Made by a program: the position numbers and the translations under genes | Shown: piece by piece, positions 9,375-20,750 of the stretch | Layout of the letters: the number at the start of each line of letters is the position of its first letter | Numbering within the stretch: position 1 is the stretch's first letter | The notes under the pieces: generated by a model | The model's database searches: none | The model's input: only the letters and a program-made list of their open reading frames with translations | Told to the model about the DNA's origin: nothing | NCBI GenBank assembly: GCA_965214935.1 | Contig: CBDCCS010000022.1 | Location: forward strand, 224,001-288,000 | DNA: 64,000 bases | Origin: Candidatus Velthaea sp. | Lineage (GTDB): Bacteria > Vulcanimicrobiota > Vulcanimicrobiia > Vulcanimicrobiales > Vulcanimicrobiaceae | Direction: 5' to 3'

Positions 9375-12300
9375 CTACGCCGGCTGCAATTCCGGCGCGA
9401 CGAGCTCGGAGGTCCAAGCCTCGATGACATCGCCCGGTTTGAGATCCGCAAACCGCGCAACTTGAATGCCGCACTCAAAGTTTTCAGCGACTTCACGAAC
9501 GTCGTCTTTAAACCGCCGCAGAGATTCGATTTCGCCGTCGAACACGACGGCCGAATCCCGGATGACGCGTACCTTGGAGTTGCGCGTGATTTTACCCGAT
9601 TGCACGTAGCAACCGGCAATCGCTCCGACTTTCGAGACTTTGAAAATCTCGCGTACTTCGGCTCGTCCCAACACGATCTCGCGAAATTTCGGCGCCAATA
9701 GACCGACCATGGCTTTTTTGAGATCGTTCTCGACATCGTAGATGACTTGGTAAAAACGCAAATCGACTTGCTCGTTTTCCGCCAGCCGTTTTACCGTCTC
9801 GTCCGGCCGAATGTTGAAACCGATGAGGACGGCGTTCGACGCCGACGCCAGGTTAACGTCGTTGGGAGTAATGCCCCCGACGCCCGCGAGAATAACGCGG
9901 ATCCCGACTTCCCCCGTCGAGAGGCTTTCGACACGCGAGCGTAACGCCTCAACCGAGCCTTGACCATCGGCTTTGATGACGAGATTGAGCGTCTTCGAAC
10001 CACCGTCGGCGGGCATTTGCATGAACGTTTCGAGCGAAACGCGCGGCCCTGAAGTCGCTGCAACGCGAACGTCACGCCGCTTCGTCGAACGCTTCGCAGC
10101 AGCTTCACGCGCTGCTCGTTCGTCGGACACAACCATGAGTGCATCGCCCGCCGCCGGAACGTCGGAGAGACCCATGATCTCGACCGGAATCGAAGGTCCG
10201 GCTTTTTTCACCTGTTTGCCCTTGTCATCGACAAGCGCCCGAATCTTGCCGTACGCCGCGCCAACGACAACAACGTCGCCGACACGCAGCGTCCCGTTTT
10301 GAATGAGTACCGTCGCGACTGCACCGCGACCACGATCGAGCGCCGACTCGATAACAACACCTGTCGCGCGACGGTTTTTGTTGGCTTTGAGCTCTTTGAG
10401 ATCGGCTTCGAGCAACACGGTTTCGAGCAATGCATCGATGCCGTTGCCGTTACGCGCCGAAACTTGCACCATCTCGACTTTACCGCCCCACTCAACCGGC
10501 TGCAGACCCTCGTCGGTCAACTGCTGCTTCACCCGGTCGGGCTGCGCATCTTCCTTATCCATCTTGTTGATGGCAACCACGATCGGAACGCCGGCCGCCT
10601 TGATGTGCGATATTGCCTCGCGCGTTTGCGGCATTACGCCGTCGTCGGCGGCGACCACAAGGATGGCAACGTCGGTTACTTTTGCGCCGCGCGCCCGCAT
10701 CGCGGTGAACGCCTCGTGACCCGGCGTATCGATGAAGGTAATTTTCCGGTCGTTGGATTCGACGGTGTAGGCACCGATTTTCTGGGTGATCCCGCCGGCT
10801 TCGCCCGCCGCAACCGAGGCACTGCGGATCCGATCGAGCAGCGACGTTTTACCGTGGTCAACGTGCCCGAGAACGGTGACGACCGGTGGACGATCGGTGA
10901 GCAGCTCCGGTTTATCTTCGTCTTGCTCGACGACGACTTCGTCACCGGCTTCTTTAACAATCGCATTGAAGCCGAATTTTTTAGCCACGGCGATCGCCTG
11001 TTCCGACGAAATGTTCTGATTGATCGTCGCCATCGTGCCCATTTTAAAGAGCTCTTTGATGATATCGGCCGCCGGCAAGATCATGGTGTTCGCCAACTCT
11101 TGAACGGTCAAGACGTCGGGGATCTCAATGCTCTCGAGATGCACCTGCGGAACCGCGGGCACAGCATCGAACGACCCGCCGCGTTTACGCTGGCGCGCCT
11201 TTTCGAGCAGGAGATCTTTCTCGCGGTCTTTCTTCGAGTTGTCGAAGCCGCGTTGACCCGGGCGCCCGCCGGGACGGCCACCGCCGCCACCGGAACTAGG
11301 AGCCGGACCTTGCGCTCCGGGCGCGCCGGGTGTCGGCGCCGCACCGGGCGGACGGGGCGTGAAAGGACGTGGACCGGGCGGCGTCAGAGGCCGGAACGGT
11401 CCATTGGACATCGGCCGGCGGCCCGGCGCCGGAACGCCTTGCGCACCGTTCGTGCCGGCCGGATTCATCGCTCCCGGGCTGCCGGGTTGAGCCGGTCGTT
11501 GCTGGTAGTTCGAACCGGCAACACCCGTTCCGGGCCGCGGCGCAACGCCGGGTCGACCCGGGATGCCGTTAGCAGGTCCCGGCGCGGCCGAATTGGCATT
11601 CGGCGTCGCGGGCGGCTGCTGGACCGGCGGTCGTGGTTGAACGATCGACGACCGGCCGGCCGGAACCGGACGCAACGTCGGCACCGGTGCGGCATCGAGC
11701 GGCGCTTGCGGCGGCCGCGGACGCGGCGCTAACGGCCGTAGCGGTTGACCTGCAGAGGGCGGGCGATTCGGACTGACGCCGGTTCCATTTTGCGGCGGTG
11801 CGGCGGCGGGTGCATCCGCGGTTCCGGCCGGGGTAACGCTCGTTCCGCCGTCGGCTGCGCGAGAACCGTCGGCCTGCGGTGCGGCCGGAAGCGTATCGGC
11901 AGCCGGCACGTTCGGCGCTGCGACCGGACCGACAGAATCGAGCGATTCTGCATGAACTTCGAGGCCGGTGGACACGCTAAGGGTTGAGCCGGCTGTCTCC
12001 ACGACCGGCTCGGGCGGTACGCTTTGCGCCGCCGGCGACACGGTCGCTACGGCCGGATCGGCCTGCGCACCGGGCGCCGCGCTGAGCGGAGCTGCCGGCG
12101 CGCGGCGCGACACGTTCGGTACGGGCTTCAACGTCGATACTGCCGTCGGCACGGCACCGGGCCGCACGATACTCGGGCGCGGCTTGACGGTCGGGCCGGC
12201 CGCCGGCGGCGGCGTTAGGATCGGCCGAGCCGCCGAAGCGGCCGGCTGCGTCTGCTGAGCTTCACCGGACATCGAGGGTGCGACGGCGGGTCGCGAATTC

Positions 12301-12626
12301 AGCGTATCGGTTGGGACGGATCGATCGGGCGGCGCGGTGACCGGCGCGACAGAATCCGCCGCCGACGCGACCTGCGGTAAGTCGATTGCCGCGTCGGCAG
12401 CTTTCGCCGCTACCGGCGCAGGCGCGACCGTTCCGGCTTTCGCCTGCAATTTTGCGGCGGCAGCTTTCCCGAGCTGAAGCCGCAATAGATCGGCGACCTT
12501 CGGCTCGACGACGCTCAATTGGTTTTTCGCTTCAAGACCAAGTCGCCCGAAAAGTGCGATCATGTCTTTCGATGTCATGTTGAGCTCTTTTGCGAGCTCG
12601 AATATTCGAACCTTACCGGTTGCCAT
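9375..12626 (-). CDS. infB: Translation initiation factor IF-2
   Basis: [11 protein letters not shown]-domain, [20 protein letters not shown]; long Pro/Ala-rich linker. Confidence 0.98.
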   Translation of the reverse strand: MATGKVRIFELAKELNMTSKDMIALFGRLGLEAKNQLSVVEPKVADLLRLQLGKAAAAKLQAKAGTVAPAPVAAKAADAAIDLPQVASAADSVAPVTAPPDRSVPTDTLNSRPAVAPSMSGEAQQTQPAASAARPILTPPPAAGPTVKPRPSIVRPGAVPTAVSTLKPVPNVSRRAPAAPLSAAPGAQADPAVATVSPAAQSVPPEPVVETAGSTLSVSTGLEVHAESLDSVGPVAAPNVPAADTLPAAPQADGSRAADGGTSVTPAGTADAPAAAPPQNGTGVSPNRPPSAGQPLRPLAPRPRPPQAPLDAAPVPTLRPVPAGRSSIVQPRPPVQQPPATPNANSAAPGPANGIPGRPGVAPRPGTGVAGSNYQQRPAQPGSPGAMNPAGTNGAQGVPAPGRRPMSNGPFRPLTPPGPRPFTPRPPGAAPTPGAPGAQGPAPSSGGGGGRPGGRPGQRGFDNSKKDREKDLLLEKARQRKRGGSFDAVPAVPQVHLESIEIPDVLTVQELANTMILPAADIIKELFKMGTMATINQNISSEQAIAVAKKFGFNAIVKEAGDEVVVEQDEDKPELLTDRPPVVTVLGHVDHGKTSLLDRIRSASVAAGEAGGITQKIGAYTVESNDRKITFIDTPGHEAFTAMRARGAKVTDVAILVVAADDGVMPQTREAISHIKAAGVPIVVAINKMDKEDAQPDRVKQQLTDEGLQPVEWGGKVEMVQVSARNGNGIDALLETVLLEADLKELKANKNRRATGVVIESALDRGRGAVATVLIQNGTLRVGDVVVVGAAYGKIRALVDDKGKQVKKAGPSIPVEIMGLSDVPAAGDALMVVSDERAAREAAAKRSTKRRDVRVAATSGPRVSLETFMQMPADGGSKTLNLVIKADGQGSVEALRSRVESLSTGEVGIRVILAGVGGITPNDVNLASASNAVLIGFNIRPDETVKRLAENEQVDLRFYQVIYDVENDLKKAMVGLLAPKFREIVLGRAEVREIFKVSKVGAIAGCYVQSGKITRNSKVRVIRDSAVVFDGEIESLRRFKDDVREVAENFECGIQVARFADLKPGDVIEAWTSELVAPELQPA

Positions 12627-12732
12627 TCAGATCCTTATCGAGAAGGTGCCGTGTCGTCACCCCCTCATCGCTGCTTAATTCATTTGCGTCCCCGTGGGCA
12701 GCCGAGAATCCATCTCGGATACCCGTCCCGAG

Positions 12733-12945
12733 TCACCATTGTACCAGAGCCTCACTACTTAACCCAGGATATCGTTTATTCTTTGCAACGCGCTCGGCAC
12801 ATTTGTGCGAACATAGGTATGCGCCCCGTCCGATAGACCTGCGCCGGCCATCACCGGTCCAACCATCGCAGCGTCGCACGAAGCGGCGCAAAGCGGACTG
12901 GTCGAACCGGTTACGACAGCCGACACACATTCGCGTCGGCGTCAC
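12733..12945 (-). CDS. ylxR: YlxR/RnpM (DUF448) protein
   Basis: PTRMCVGCR, GRGAYLC...C; between nusA and infB. Confidence 0.9.
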   Translation of the reverse strand: MTPTRMCVGCRNRFDQSALRRFVRRCDGWTGDGRRRSIGRGAYLCSHKCAERVAKNKRYPGLSSEALVQW

Positions 12946-12950
12946 GACCG

Positions 12951-14165
12951 TCAGCTCTCGAACATTTCGCGTTTGAACTCTTCGAGTTTGCGCAGTAAAT
13001 CCTCGTCGATATCCGGCACCGTCGCGAGCTCGGCTTCCGTGCCGTCCGTGACCGCGACAGCCGAGTCTTCATCGCCGGCTTCGATCTCCGGCGCCTCGGT
13101 CCGATGCGCACGTTCGGACAGATACCGCTCGAGGGCTTGCGGCGCCTCGGCTTCGCTCGTGATATCGAGTCGCCAGCCCGTCAGACGCGCCGCGAGCCGG
13201 ACGTTCTGACCTTCACGGCCGATCGCGAGCGACAACTGATAATCCGGCACCGTAACGAGCGCGACGCCCTCGTCATCAAAGAGGTCCACGTTGAGGACCT
13301 TGGCCGGCTGCAACGCGTTCATGATGAATTGCGCCGATTCCGGCGCCCATTTGATAACGTCGATCTTTTCGCCCCGAAGTTCGTCCGACACGTTTGCAAT
13401 GCGCGACGACTTCGGTCCGAGGCAGGCCCCGACGGCTTCGACTTCCGCCCGGCGCGAGTGAACCGCAACCTTGGATCGCGAACCGGGCTCCCGGGCAATC
13501 GCCATGATCTCAACGATGTCGTCTTGAATCTCCGGCACCTCGAACTCGAGCAGTCGCTGAACGAGACCCTCGGCGCCGCGGGATAGAACGACGAGCGGGC
13601 CTTTATTGGTCTTACGAACGTCGAGAACGTAAGCCCGTATCCGATCGTTGATCCGGAAATTTTCGCGCGGCACTTGCTCGGAAAACGGCAGCAACGCCTC
13701 GTTTTTATTATCGAGCAAGACGTACATGTTCCGCTGCTCGTAGCGTTGAACGACACCTAGAACGATGTCGTGAAGCTTTGCCGAATAGGTGTTGAAAACC
13801 GTGTCGCGTTCGGCCTCACGGATGCGCTGAACGATGACTTGCTTTGCGGTCTGAGCCGCGATGCGTCCGAAATCTTTGGGCGTTACTTCTTCATCGAAAA
13901 AATCGCCCGGCTCGTAGCGCGAGCCGGCTTGTGCTTTCGATACTTCGAGCTTCGCATCCGTTACAACGTCGACGACCGTCCGCCGATGATAGACCTTGTA
14001 TTCGCCCGTTTGCCGATCGATCGTGACCGTCGCATTCGCCTCACCGCCGAAATTCCGTTTGTACGCCGAAATCAGCGCCGCTTCGAGTGCTTCGAGCAGC
14101 ATGTCGAAGCTAATGTTGCGTTCGGTCTCGATCTCGCGAAGCGCCGCGATCATCTCTGCATTCAT
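12951..14165 (-). CDS. nusA: Transcription factor NusA
   Basis: FGRIAAQTAKQVIVQRIREAER, S1 and KH domains, AIGREGQNVRLA. Confidence 0.98.
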   Translation of the reverse strand: MNAEMIAALREIETERNISFDMLLEALEAALISAYKRNFGGEANATVTIDRQTGEYKVYHRRTVVDVVTDAKLEVSKAQAGSRYEPGDFFDEEVTPKDFGRIAAQTAKQVIVQRIREAERDTVFNTYSAKLHDIVLGVVQRYEQRNMYVLLDNKNEALLPFSEQVPRENFRINDRIRAYVLDVRKTNKGPLVVLSRGAEGLVQRLLEFEVPEIQDDIVEIMAIAREPGSRSKVAVHSRRAEVEAVGACLGPKSSRIANVSDELRGEKIDVIKWAPESAQFIMNALQPAKVLNVDLFDDEGVALVTVPDYQLSLAIGREGQNVRLAARLTGWRLDITSEAEAPQALERYLSERAHRTEAPEIEAGDEDSAVAVTDGTEAELATVPDIDEDLLRKLEEFKREMFES

Positions 14166-14698
14166 TGGTTTTCCTTTTGCGCGTGTTTCGCACGTTTCGC
14201 ACGCGCAAGATCGGTGCGTATGTCAAACTCGACATTGGCCGATTTGACGATTTCAAGCGGGATGAACATCTCGCCCTGGGCGGTGTGCAAAACCACGTTC
14301 GTGCCTTGCACGCCGCAGAGCCGGCCGCGATGCGTCTTGGCACCGCGAATCGCCAAGGTGCTGACGATGCGAACGTCGCGCTCGCGAAACCGTTCGTAGT
14401 CCGCCGGCTTGACCAATGGCCGGTCGAGCCCGGCCGATTCGACTTCGAGCGTGTAGTTGTCGGCGTACGCCTCGAGCGCGGAGTTAATCCGCGCGGCGAC
14501 GCGTTCGCAGGTAGCAATATCGACTCCGGCGAGCGGTTCGGTGCGGTCGACCATAACCGTCAGGGCAAAACCGTCCCGATTCCGCTGCGCCTTGCTCGTA
14601 ACGACTTCCAAACCTTGGAATTCGCGTTCCAGCGGAAGCCCATAAACGATTTCATCGAATGCGTCGGCAAGACGATCCGGATGTGAAGCTGACTGCAT
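14162..14698 (-). CDS. rimP: Ribosome maturation factor RimP
   Basis: YTLEVESAGLDRPL motif; ATG 14698 preceded by AGGAG; ATGA overlap with nusA. Confidence 0.95.
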   Translation of the reverse strand: MQSASHPDRLADAFDEIVYGLPLEREFQGLEVVTSKAQRNRDGFALTVMVDRTEPLAGVDIATCERVAARINSALEAYADNYTLEVESAGLDRPLVKPADYERFRERDVRIVSTLAIRGAKTHRGRLCGVQGTNVVLHTAQGEMFIPLEIVKSANVEFDIRTDLARAKRAKHAQKENQ

Positions 14699-14719
14699 CG
14701 GCGCTCCTGTGGGCGGACA

Positions 14720-14754
14720 ACACAGAAGCGCGCCTCGTCGGCGCGCTTCTGTGT
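14720..14754 (-). promoter_or_regulatory. rimP leader hairpin (putative attenuator)
   Basis: Perfect 15-bp inverted repeat ACACAGAAGCGCGCC-N5-GGCGCGCTTCTGTGT between the promoter and the rimP SD. Confidence 0.7.
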
Positions 14755-14765
14755 GAACAGCCACC

Positions 14766-14794
14766 ACTATACGCCGTTTCGCGGCAACGCGCAA
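14766..14794 (-). promoter_or_regulatory. sigma70-type promoter of rimP-nusA-infB operon
   Basis: TTGCGC-17 nt-TATAGT on the minus strand just upstream of the leader hairpin. Confidence 0.7.
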
Positions 14795-15103
14795 GCGCTC
14801 TGGTCTCGTGCCGGCTACCCAGAGTCGTTCGACGACCCTACCGACGGGTGACTTGGCCGGAAGCGATCGTAAAAATCGACTGCAAACGACATGCCTCGAT
14901 TAGCCGCCCATAGCGAGTAATTGGAGCTCTGGTTTACGTTGCAGTCCGATGACGTCCCGGTCCGCGCTCATAACTTGCACTTACGATACCGATTGATACG
15001 TCATCTACGGACGCTCTTATACGCTACCGACGCTAAGATCGTACGCAAAGTCGAGCTAGCTGAGGCGTCACCATTGAACTATGGAATCGAACAAGGCACC
15101 GAT

Positions 15104-16744
15104 GTGTTGGTCGAACGCGAGCGGGAACTTCGCGCATGGGATCAGAGCCAACGGCCTCACGAGCGCAACGCACGTCTCATCACATCCATTGCTTGGATCG
15201 CAATCATACTCGGGATCGTATTGCGGCTCGTCCAATTACCGAACCGCGAGCTGTTCTTCGACGAAGCAGTCACTCAAATACGCGTTGCCGGCCATACGGC
15301 TAACGAAATGTGGCAGACGCTTTATGACGGGCGCCAGCGCACGGCTTTGGAATTGCACGGTTACGCGACGGTCGGTCCGACCGCAACGCCGGCGACACTG
15401 ATATCATCCTTAGTTCGCGAAGATGCGCAGCATCCGCCGTTATTTTATCTGTGTGAATTTGCCCTCGTGCGCACGTTCGGCAGCGGCTTGTTCGTGTGGC
15501 GCATACTGCCGGCCGTCTTTGGTTTGCTCGCGATCGGCGCCGCATTCAGCCTGGCGCGCGACTTATTCGGTAGCGCCCGCAGCGGTCTCGTCGCTGCAGC
15601 CGTCTTTGCCGTATCGCCGATCGAGCGGATCTATTCCGATCAAGCGCGCGAGTATTCGCTGTTAGCGTTACTGACGCTGGTAAGTACGATCGCTTTATTG
15701 CGCTCGGCTCGATCGATGAAGCCGCAATGGTGGTTGCTTTATTGTATCTGCTTACTCGCAGCTTTGTATACCAGCCCTTTTACCGGCTACGTTCTCTGCG
15801 CGCACGGGGCATTTATGGTAGCGACGCATTGGAATCAAGGCCGCCGCGCGCTGGGCGCCTTTGCATTGTCCGCCGGTGTTGCCATCGTCTCTTACAGCCC
15901 GTGGCTCTTCGAGATCGTCACGCATCGCAAAGAGATTGCCGAAACGAATGCGTGGTCAAGCGCAGCTTGGCCATTGACCCGCCTCGGCGCAAAGTGGTTG
16001 TTCAATGTCGGATCCGCATTCTTCGATCTCGAATATCTTGATTTACGCTGGACGGTTCTCGTTGCTGTCATCCTGGCCGTTGTCGGTTACACGATCTATC
16101 GGACATTCCGAACGCTAAGCCGAGAGGCACGCTGGTGCCTGGGAACCCTCATCGTCGTTCCGTTTCTTATGCTGGCGCTGCCGGACATCTTTCTTAAAGA
16201 GCATCGTTCATCGGTAACTCGGTATACACTGCCGATGCTCGCTGCACTCGTAATTTTAGCTGCCCGCGCCGTCGAGCGGCGTCCCATCGCGGCGAGCGTC
16301 GTGCTTGCCGGCGGTCTTCTATCATGCATTGTCGGTGCGCAACATGCGACGTGGTGGGATAACGACTCCGAAGCAGATGTCGCCGGGATAACAGCGGCAG
16401 TAAATGCCGTTTCGCACGCACAGATCGTAAGCGATATCAATCCGGGATCGGTCGTGACGTATTCGCGTCGTCTTAACGCCGACGTGCGCATCAGCCTTAT
16501 CCCGCGACAACTACGGCAGGCTCAGATTAACGGCAAAGAACCGGTGTTTCTATTATCGTCGCAGCCGGCCCATGTTGCGGCGTTCGCCCAACAAACCGCG
16601 CTGGATTTTTCGCCCGTTTCTTTACCGCGCGCTCGTACCGCGCATACGATCGGAGCGCGCATATCCGGCAACGGCAATCCAGCGTCCGATCTAATGGAAC
16701 TGTTTCAATCGAAGCGCGCCGCCGGAGTTGCGCGAGAACGCTGA
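15104..16744 (+). CDS. GT-C membrane glycosyltransferase (GT39/ArnT/PMT-like)
   Basis: FFDE motif, QHPPLFY, SDQAREYSL, many TM helices; start uncertain (ORF open from 14921). Confidence 0.85.
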   Translation: MLVERERELRAWDQSQRPHERNARLITSIAWIAIILGIVLRLVQLPNRELFFDEAVTQIRVAGHTANEMWQTLYDGRQRTALELHGYATVGPTATPATLISSLVREDAQHPPLFYLCEFALVRTFGSGLFVWRILPAVFGLLAIGAAFSLARDLFGSARSGLVAAAVFAVSPIERIYSDQAREYSLLALLTLVSTIALLRSARSMKPQWWLLYCICLLAALYTSPFTGYVLCAHGAFMVATHWNQGRRALGAFALSAGVAIVSYSPWLFEIVTHRKEIAETNAWSSAAWPLTRLGAKWLFNVGSAFFDLEYLDLRWTVLVAVILAVVGYTIYRTFRTLSREARWCLGTLIVVPFLMLALPDIFLKEHRSSVTRYTLPMLAALVILAARAVERRPIAASVVLAGGLLSCIVGAQHATWWDNDSEADVAGITAAVNAVSHAQIVSDINPGSVVTYSRRLNADVRISLIPRQLRQAQINGKEPVFLLSSQPAHVAAFAQQTALDFSPVSLPRARTAHTIGARISGNGNPASDLMELFQSKRAAGVARER

Positions 16745-16795
16745 GGCTCGACGCCTTAACCTATAGCATAAGCCGCTGCGGCCGCTGCAGAAACG

Positions 16796-17764
16796 CTAGC
16801 CGATACGCTCGGCGCAAAGCGTCCGGAACACGTTGGTCGCAAGCGACGCCGTACGCTCGAGATGATGGCGACCCGTCCCCATGTGCGCGGCGTTTACAAT
16901 CGTTAAACCCGGTATCGAGCTTGAAAACGAACCGACTTGACGAACGGCAAAAGCGTGCGGCACACGCATAACGCGAGCACTGACGATGTGAGCATTTCCC
17001 GGTAGAGCTCGAGCAAAGCTCTCAACGATCTCACGATCGGAAGCGCCGAGCAGCTGCTTCGAGCCGACCGGCCGGCTGACATAGGCAACGGTTCTTCGCT
17101 CGCTGCGTTCGTCGAGCGCCGCGGGATTGATGAGTGTGAATTGATCGCCGCCACGCAAGACGCGCGAAATGTATTGTTGCCGGATCGGGCGCTCTAAGAC
17201 AAACGAAACATTAACGATCCCGACGTACGCTGCACCATCGAGCGCCGAACGCTCGAGACTCGGCAGCGCCGGAACTAATTTCGACGCGATCGGTGACGGC
17301 ACGGTAACGATAACCTGATCGAATTCACCAATATCGGCACCGGTGTCGACCGAGAATCCTGAGCCGTCGGTATGAATGGCACGCACGGGCGTTCCGAGCC
17401 GTACGTCGACGTCGATCATCCGCGCCCGATCGCGCAGCGCCTCCACGATGCGGGCCTGGCCGCCGGCCAGCGCGCCGAAACGCAAGCCGAATGCGCGCGC
17501 GTTTCCCCAGCGTACGGTTTGCGCCAAATCGAGTTCATCGAGGACGTTGACGAGTTGCCGATCTGCCGAAGCTATTGATGCATGACCGCGACGCTCGGCG
17601 CGTTCACTCGCCTCGAACAATGTGACGATGCGGCCGGCTTGACCGTAACGTAACGCCAAGATTGTTCCGAGCATCCCGCCGCCGACGATTGCAATCCGCG
17701 AACCGTAACGCGTTTCAAAAGATCTGGACTCTGAGTAGGCGTCGATCAAGGAGGCTGTTCCCAT
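16796..17764 (-). CDS. FAD-dependent oxidoreductase-like protein (amine oxidase/HemY-like), shortened
   Basis: IAIVGGGMLG..LA...G..VTLFE Rossmann motif; FDQVIVTVP. Confidence 0.7.
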   Translation of the reverse strand: MGTASLIDAYSESRSFETRYGSRIAIVGGGMLGTILALRYGQAGRIVTLFEASERAERRGHASIASADRQLVNVLDELDLAQTVRWGNARAFGLRFGALAGGQARIVEALRDRARMIDVDVRLGTPVRAIHTDGSGFSVDTGADIGEFDQVIVTVPSPIASKLVPALPSLERSALDGAAYVGIVNVSFVLERPIRQQYISRVLRGGDQFTLINPAALDERSERRTVAYVSRPVGSKQLLGASDREIVESFARALPGNAHIVSARVMRVPHAFAVRQVGSFSSSIPGLTIVNAAHMGTGRHHLERTASLATNVFRTLCAERIG

Positions 17765-17894
17765 GGTACTAAGTGTGCGCAATCCTCGTAACAAAACACT
17801 ATCCGCTCGGGCGGCCGAGGTAGGACTTCCGGCCCCAGCCGGAGCCGGTCATTGGTAAGGACTAGTTTGCTGCCTGACGGAAATATCGACAAGG

Positions 17895-19238
17895 ATGGCT
17901 AATACTGCTACGTCGTTTGCGGCGACCCGCTCTCACAGCCGGTTGTGGTCGCTGACTTTATTTATAACGGATCTCGTCTTCGTTACGTTCGCCGCGATCC
18001 TCGCGGATCGCTTGCACACGCTTCCGGTTGCCGTGTTGATTGCTGCTGCGCTTACGACGTTGGCATTACTAGCTGTATCGGGAACCTACCGGCGAACCTA
18101 TAGCGGCTCGATGCGCGATGAATGGTATGCCGTGGGCGCTGCACTCGCCCTCATTGCCATACCCTTAGCGCTACTGAGCTTCGTCGTTCCGATTCTTTGG
18201 TACACGCGAACCGAAGTAGCAACGTTTGCCATCATCGCTTTCGTGGGGCTCGCGACGACGCGGACGATTGCGCATCGCAATCGCATGCCGCGCCGGGTGG
18301 CGCTCGTCGGCATGCCGCAACGCATCGATCTTGCGCTCATGCACCTGCGGCCGCAACGCGACGATGCCGTTATGCGCTTACCGATCGGCAACGTCGAGTC
18401 GACGTTTGATGAAAAACAATCGATGCCGCCGTGGCTGCAGGGTGCACTCGCGTGGGGCGCATCGCGCATCATCATCACCGAAGCTTTACCGCCCGAACGG
18501 CTGCTCAACGTAATGGAAGCCGCCGCTCGACATGGCGCCACGATCGCAATCGCACCGACGCGCTTGCGACCGCATGCATATAAAATGCATCTCGAACGCG
18601 AAGGTAGCATGTCAGTCCTCTGTCCGCGGCCGCTACCGATCTGCACGCCCGCCGCGCGTTTCTATAAACGAGCCTTCGATCTCGTCGTGAGCGTCCCGAC
18701 GTTAATTTTATTGTCGCCGGTGCTGCTCATCTGTGCGATTGCCGTTCGCATCGAAACGCCCGGTGCAAGTATTTTTCGTCAAAGCCGTGTCGGACGGAAC
18801 AATATACCATTCGATATCTTGAAGTTTCGATCGATGCCGATCGATGCGGAACAAAAGACCGGGCCGATTTGGGCGAACGCCGCGATATCGAAGCCGACTC
18901 GCGTCGGTCGCTTTCTGCGGCGTACGAGCCTCGACGAATTACCTCAGCTCATCAACGTTCTACGCGGCGAAATGTCACTGGTCGGTCCGCGGCCCGAGCG
19001 GCAGTTCTTTGCCGAGCGTTTCGCCCACTCGCTCGCGCGCTGGGAAGACCGCCTACTCGTGGCACCCGGCATCACCGGCTGGTCGCAGATCGGCATGTCA
19101 CGCATGCTTACCACGGATAAGATCGCGCTGCGGCTCGAGGGCGATCTGTATTACCTCGAGGAGTGGTCTCCGTTGCTCGACGCGCAGATTCTCGTTAAGA
19201 CTGCCTTCGAGTTTCTGTTCCACTGGGTACCGCAATAA
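17895..19238 (+). CDS. Priming polyprenyl glycosylphosphotransferase (WcaJ/WbaP-type sugar transferase)
   Basis: KRAFDL, FRQSRVG, KFRSM, RRTSLDELPQLINVLRGEMSLVGPRPE; N-terminal TMs. Confidence 0.93.
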   Translation: MANTATSFAATRSHSRLWSLTLFITDLVFVTFAAILADRLHTLPVAVLIAAALTTLALLAVSGTYRRTYSGSMRDEWYAVGAALALIAIPLALLSFVVPILWYTRTEVATFAIIAFVGLATTRTIAHRNRMPRRVALVGMPQRIDLALMHLRPQRDDAVMRLPIGNVESTFDEKQSMPPWLQGALAWGASRIIITEALPPERLLNVMEAAARHGATIAIAPTRLRPHAYKMHLEREGSMSVLCPRPLPICTPAARFYKRAFDLVVSVPTLILLSPVLLICAIAVRIETPGASIFRQSRVGRNNIPFDILKFRSMPIDAEQKTGPIWANAAISKPTRVGRFLRRTSLDELPQLINVLRGEMSLVGPRPERQFFAERFAHSLARWEDRLLVAPGITGWSQIGMSRMLTTDKIALRLEGDLYYLEEWSPLLDAQILVKTAFEFLFHWVPQ

Positions 19239-19391
19239 GCGTCGATCGCCGACGCCTTCAGCGCGCGTGCGCCGGCGATCGTCGTAAACGGCGGAAGATT
19301 TGCAGTCGATGACCGATACGTAATGTATGCGAAACCTTGAGGACTCTTCGCTCGTGATTTCCGGCGTTCGCAGTTATGGATCTTCTCCGAT

Positions 19392-20698
19392 ATGAACCGG
19401 CTTGCCGCGAATATCATCCGCACGTTTTCAACGCAGGTCGGCTGTCAAGTCATTACCATTCTTTCCGGAATCGTCATCGCACGCGCAATCGGCCCGGACG
19501 GAAAAGGTTTCTCGGGTTACGCAGCAACGGCGGTAAACTTCGTCGCCGTTTTCTTTTACGGTTTTGCCGATGCGGTCTTCTTCCAATTCGGCAAGCAGAA
19601 ACATAGCGCTCGGGCGGTTCATCGCGTTGCACTCCGCATCATGATCGGCGCTCTATGCATCGTTATACCGGCGTTCTGTATCATCGCCGCCGTCGCGCCG
19701 TCACAACGTCCGTTAGCCGCGGCGGCGATTGCGCTGCCGTTTGCGCTTTACATGCAGATACTCACGCCGTTCTTATTGGTCCGCGAAAAGATCCTCTTAA
19801 CAAATATCCGCGCATTGACGCAAAGCCTGGGAACGGCGCTCGTAACGTTGCCCTTGCTCATTTTTACGCACCTCGGCTTAAGCGCCGTTCTCGGCGTATG
19901 GGTTCTTTTTTATGCGGTATCCGCATTGCAATCGGCGTGGGGCGTTCGCACGATGTTACGTGAACCGGCTACGTCGCAGGACGACGCAAAGGTGCTTCTC
20001 GAGGGACAGCTCGGCTTCGGCTTACGCGCCGCCGGTGGTTCAGCTGCCGGCTTCCTGAATCTGCGCATTGCCGTTATCGTCGTGAGCGTCATGTTCTCGG
20101 CAACCGCGCTCGGCTGGTACATGTTGGCAATCGCCAGCGGTGAGATGCTTTGGCAAGTGAGTCGCGCTTTCGTTTGGCCGGCGCTCGGACGGATCGGTGC
20201 GGACTCGCTGCACGACTCGGCAGCGCTGGTGGCTCGGCTGACGCGCAATATACTGGCGATCGTTGCCGTGCTCGGCCTTGTAGCCTTCATCGTCGGGCCG
20301 TGGCTGATCGTCCACGTCTACGGCGAAGCATTCGCGCCGGCCGGAAACGCTTTGCGCTGGGCACTGCCGGGCCTCGTCGCGTATTCCGCCGAAATAGCGC
20401 TGACCCAATTCGTGATGCTGCAACTCGTCCGGCCGGTTGCTGTGATTTGGATTCAATCCAGCGCTGCGGCGCTGTGCGCGCTTTGACGTTCGTCACGGCG
20501 CGGCACTTTGGAATTGCCGCCGCTGCCGCCTCGACGTCCGTGACGTTCCTCATGGTGACGGCAGTCTTATCGACGATGTTCGTGCGCGGCAGCGGCATCT
20601 CGCCGGCGCGACTGCTTCTCATCCAAGCTGAGGACGTGGCGCACTACACCGGTGCGCTCAATGCAACGCTGCGTCTGCTGCGCTTACGCTCGGCGTGA
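19392..20698 (+). pseudogene. Wzx-like flippase, single frameshift near 20480 (possibly sequencing error)
   Basis: IARAIGPDGKG N-terminus, multi-TM; ORF 19392-20486 continues in another frame (LTFVTARHFGIAAAA...) to 20698. Confidence 0.8.
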
Positions 20699-20750
20699 CG
20701 TTGCCGAGTGTTGCCGCACGCGCTTGCCGCCGGCGAGCGGTCCGAAAGCA

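Noticed and set aside
10299..11732. 477-aa plus-strand ORF
   Set aside because: Antisense to infB; shadow ORF
11200..12450. Long low-complexity Pro/Ala/Gly region
   Set aside because: In-frame IF-2 N-terminal linker; such extensions are well known
12675..12700. GGGACGCAAA (minus strand) resembling part of a c-di-GMP-I riboswitch
   Set aside because: The upstream GCAAAC/GNRA stem elements are absent and the context (before infB) is wrong
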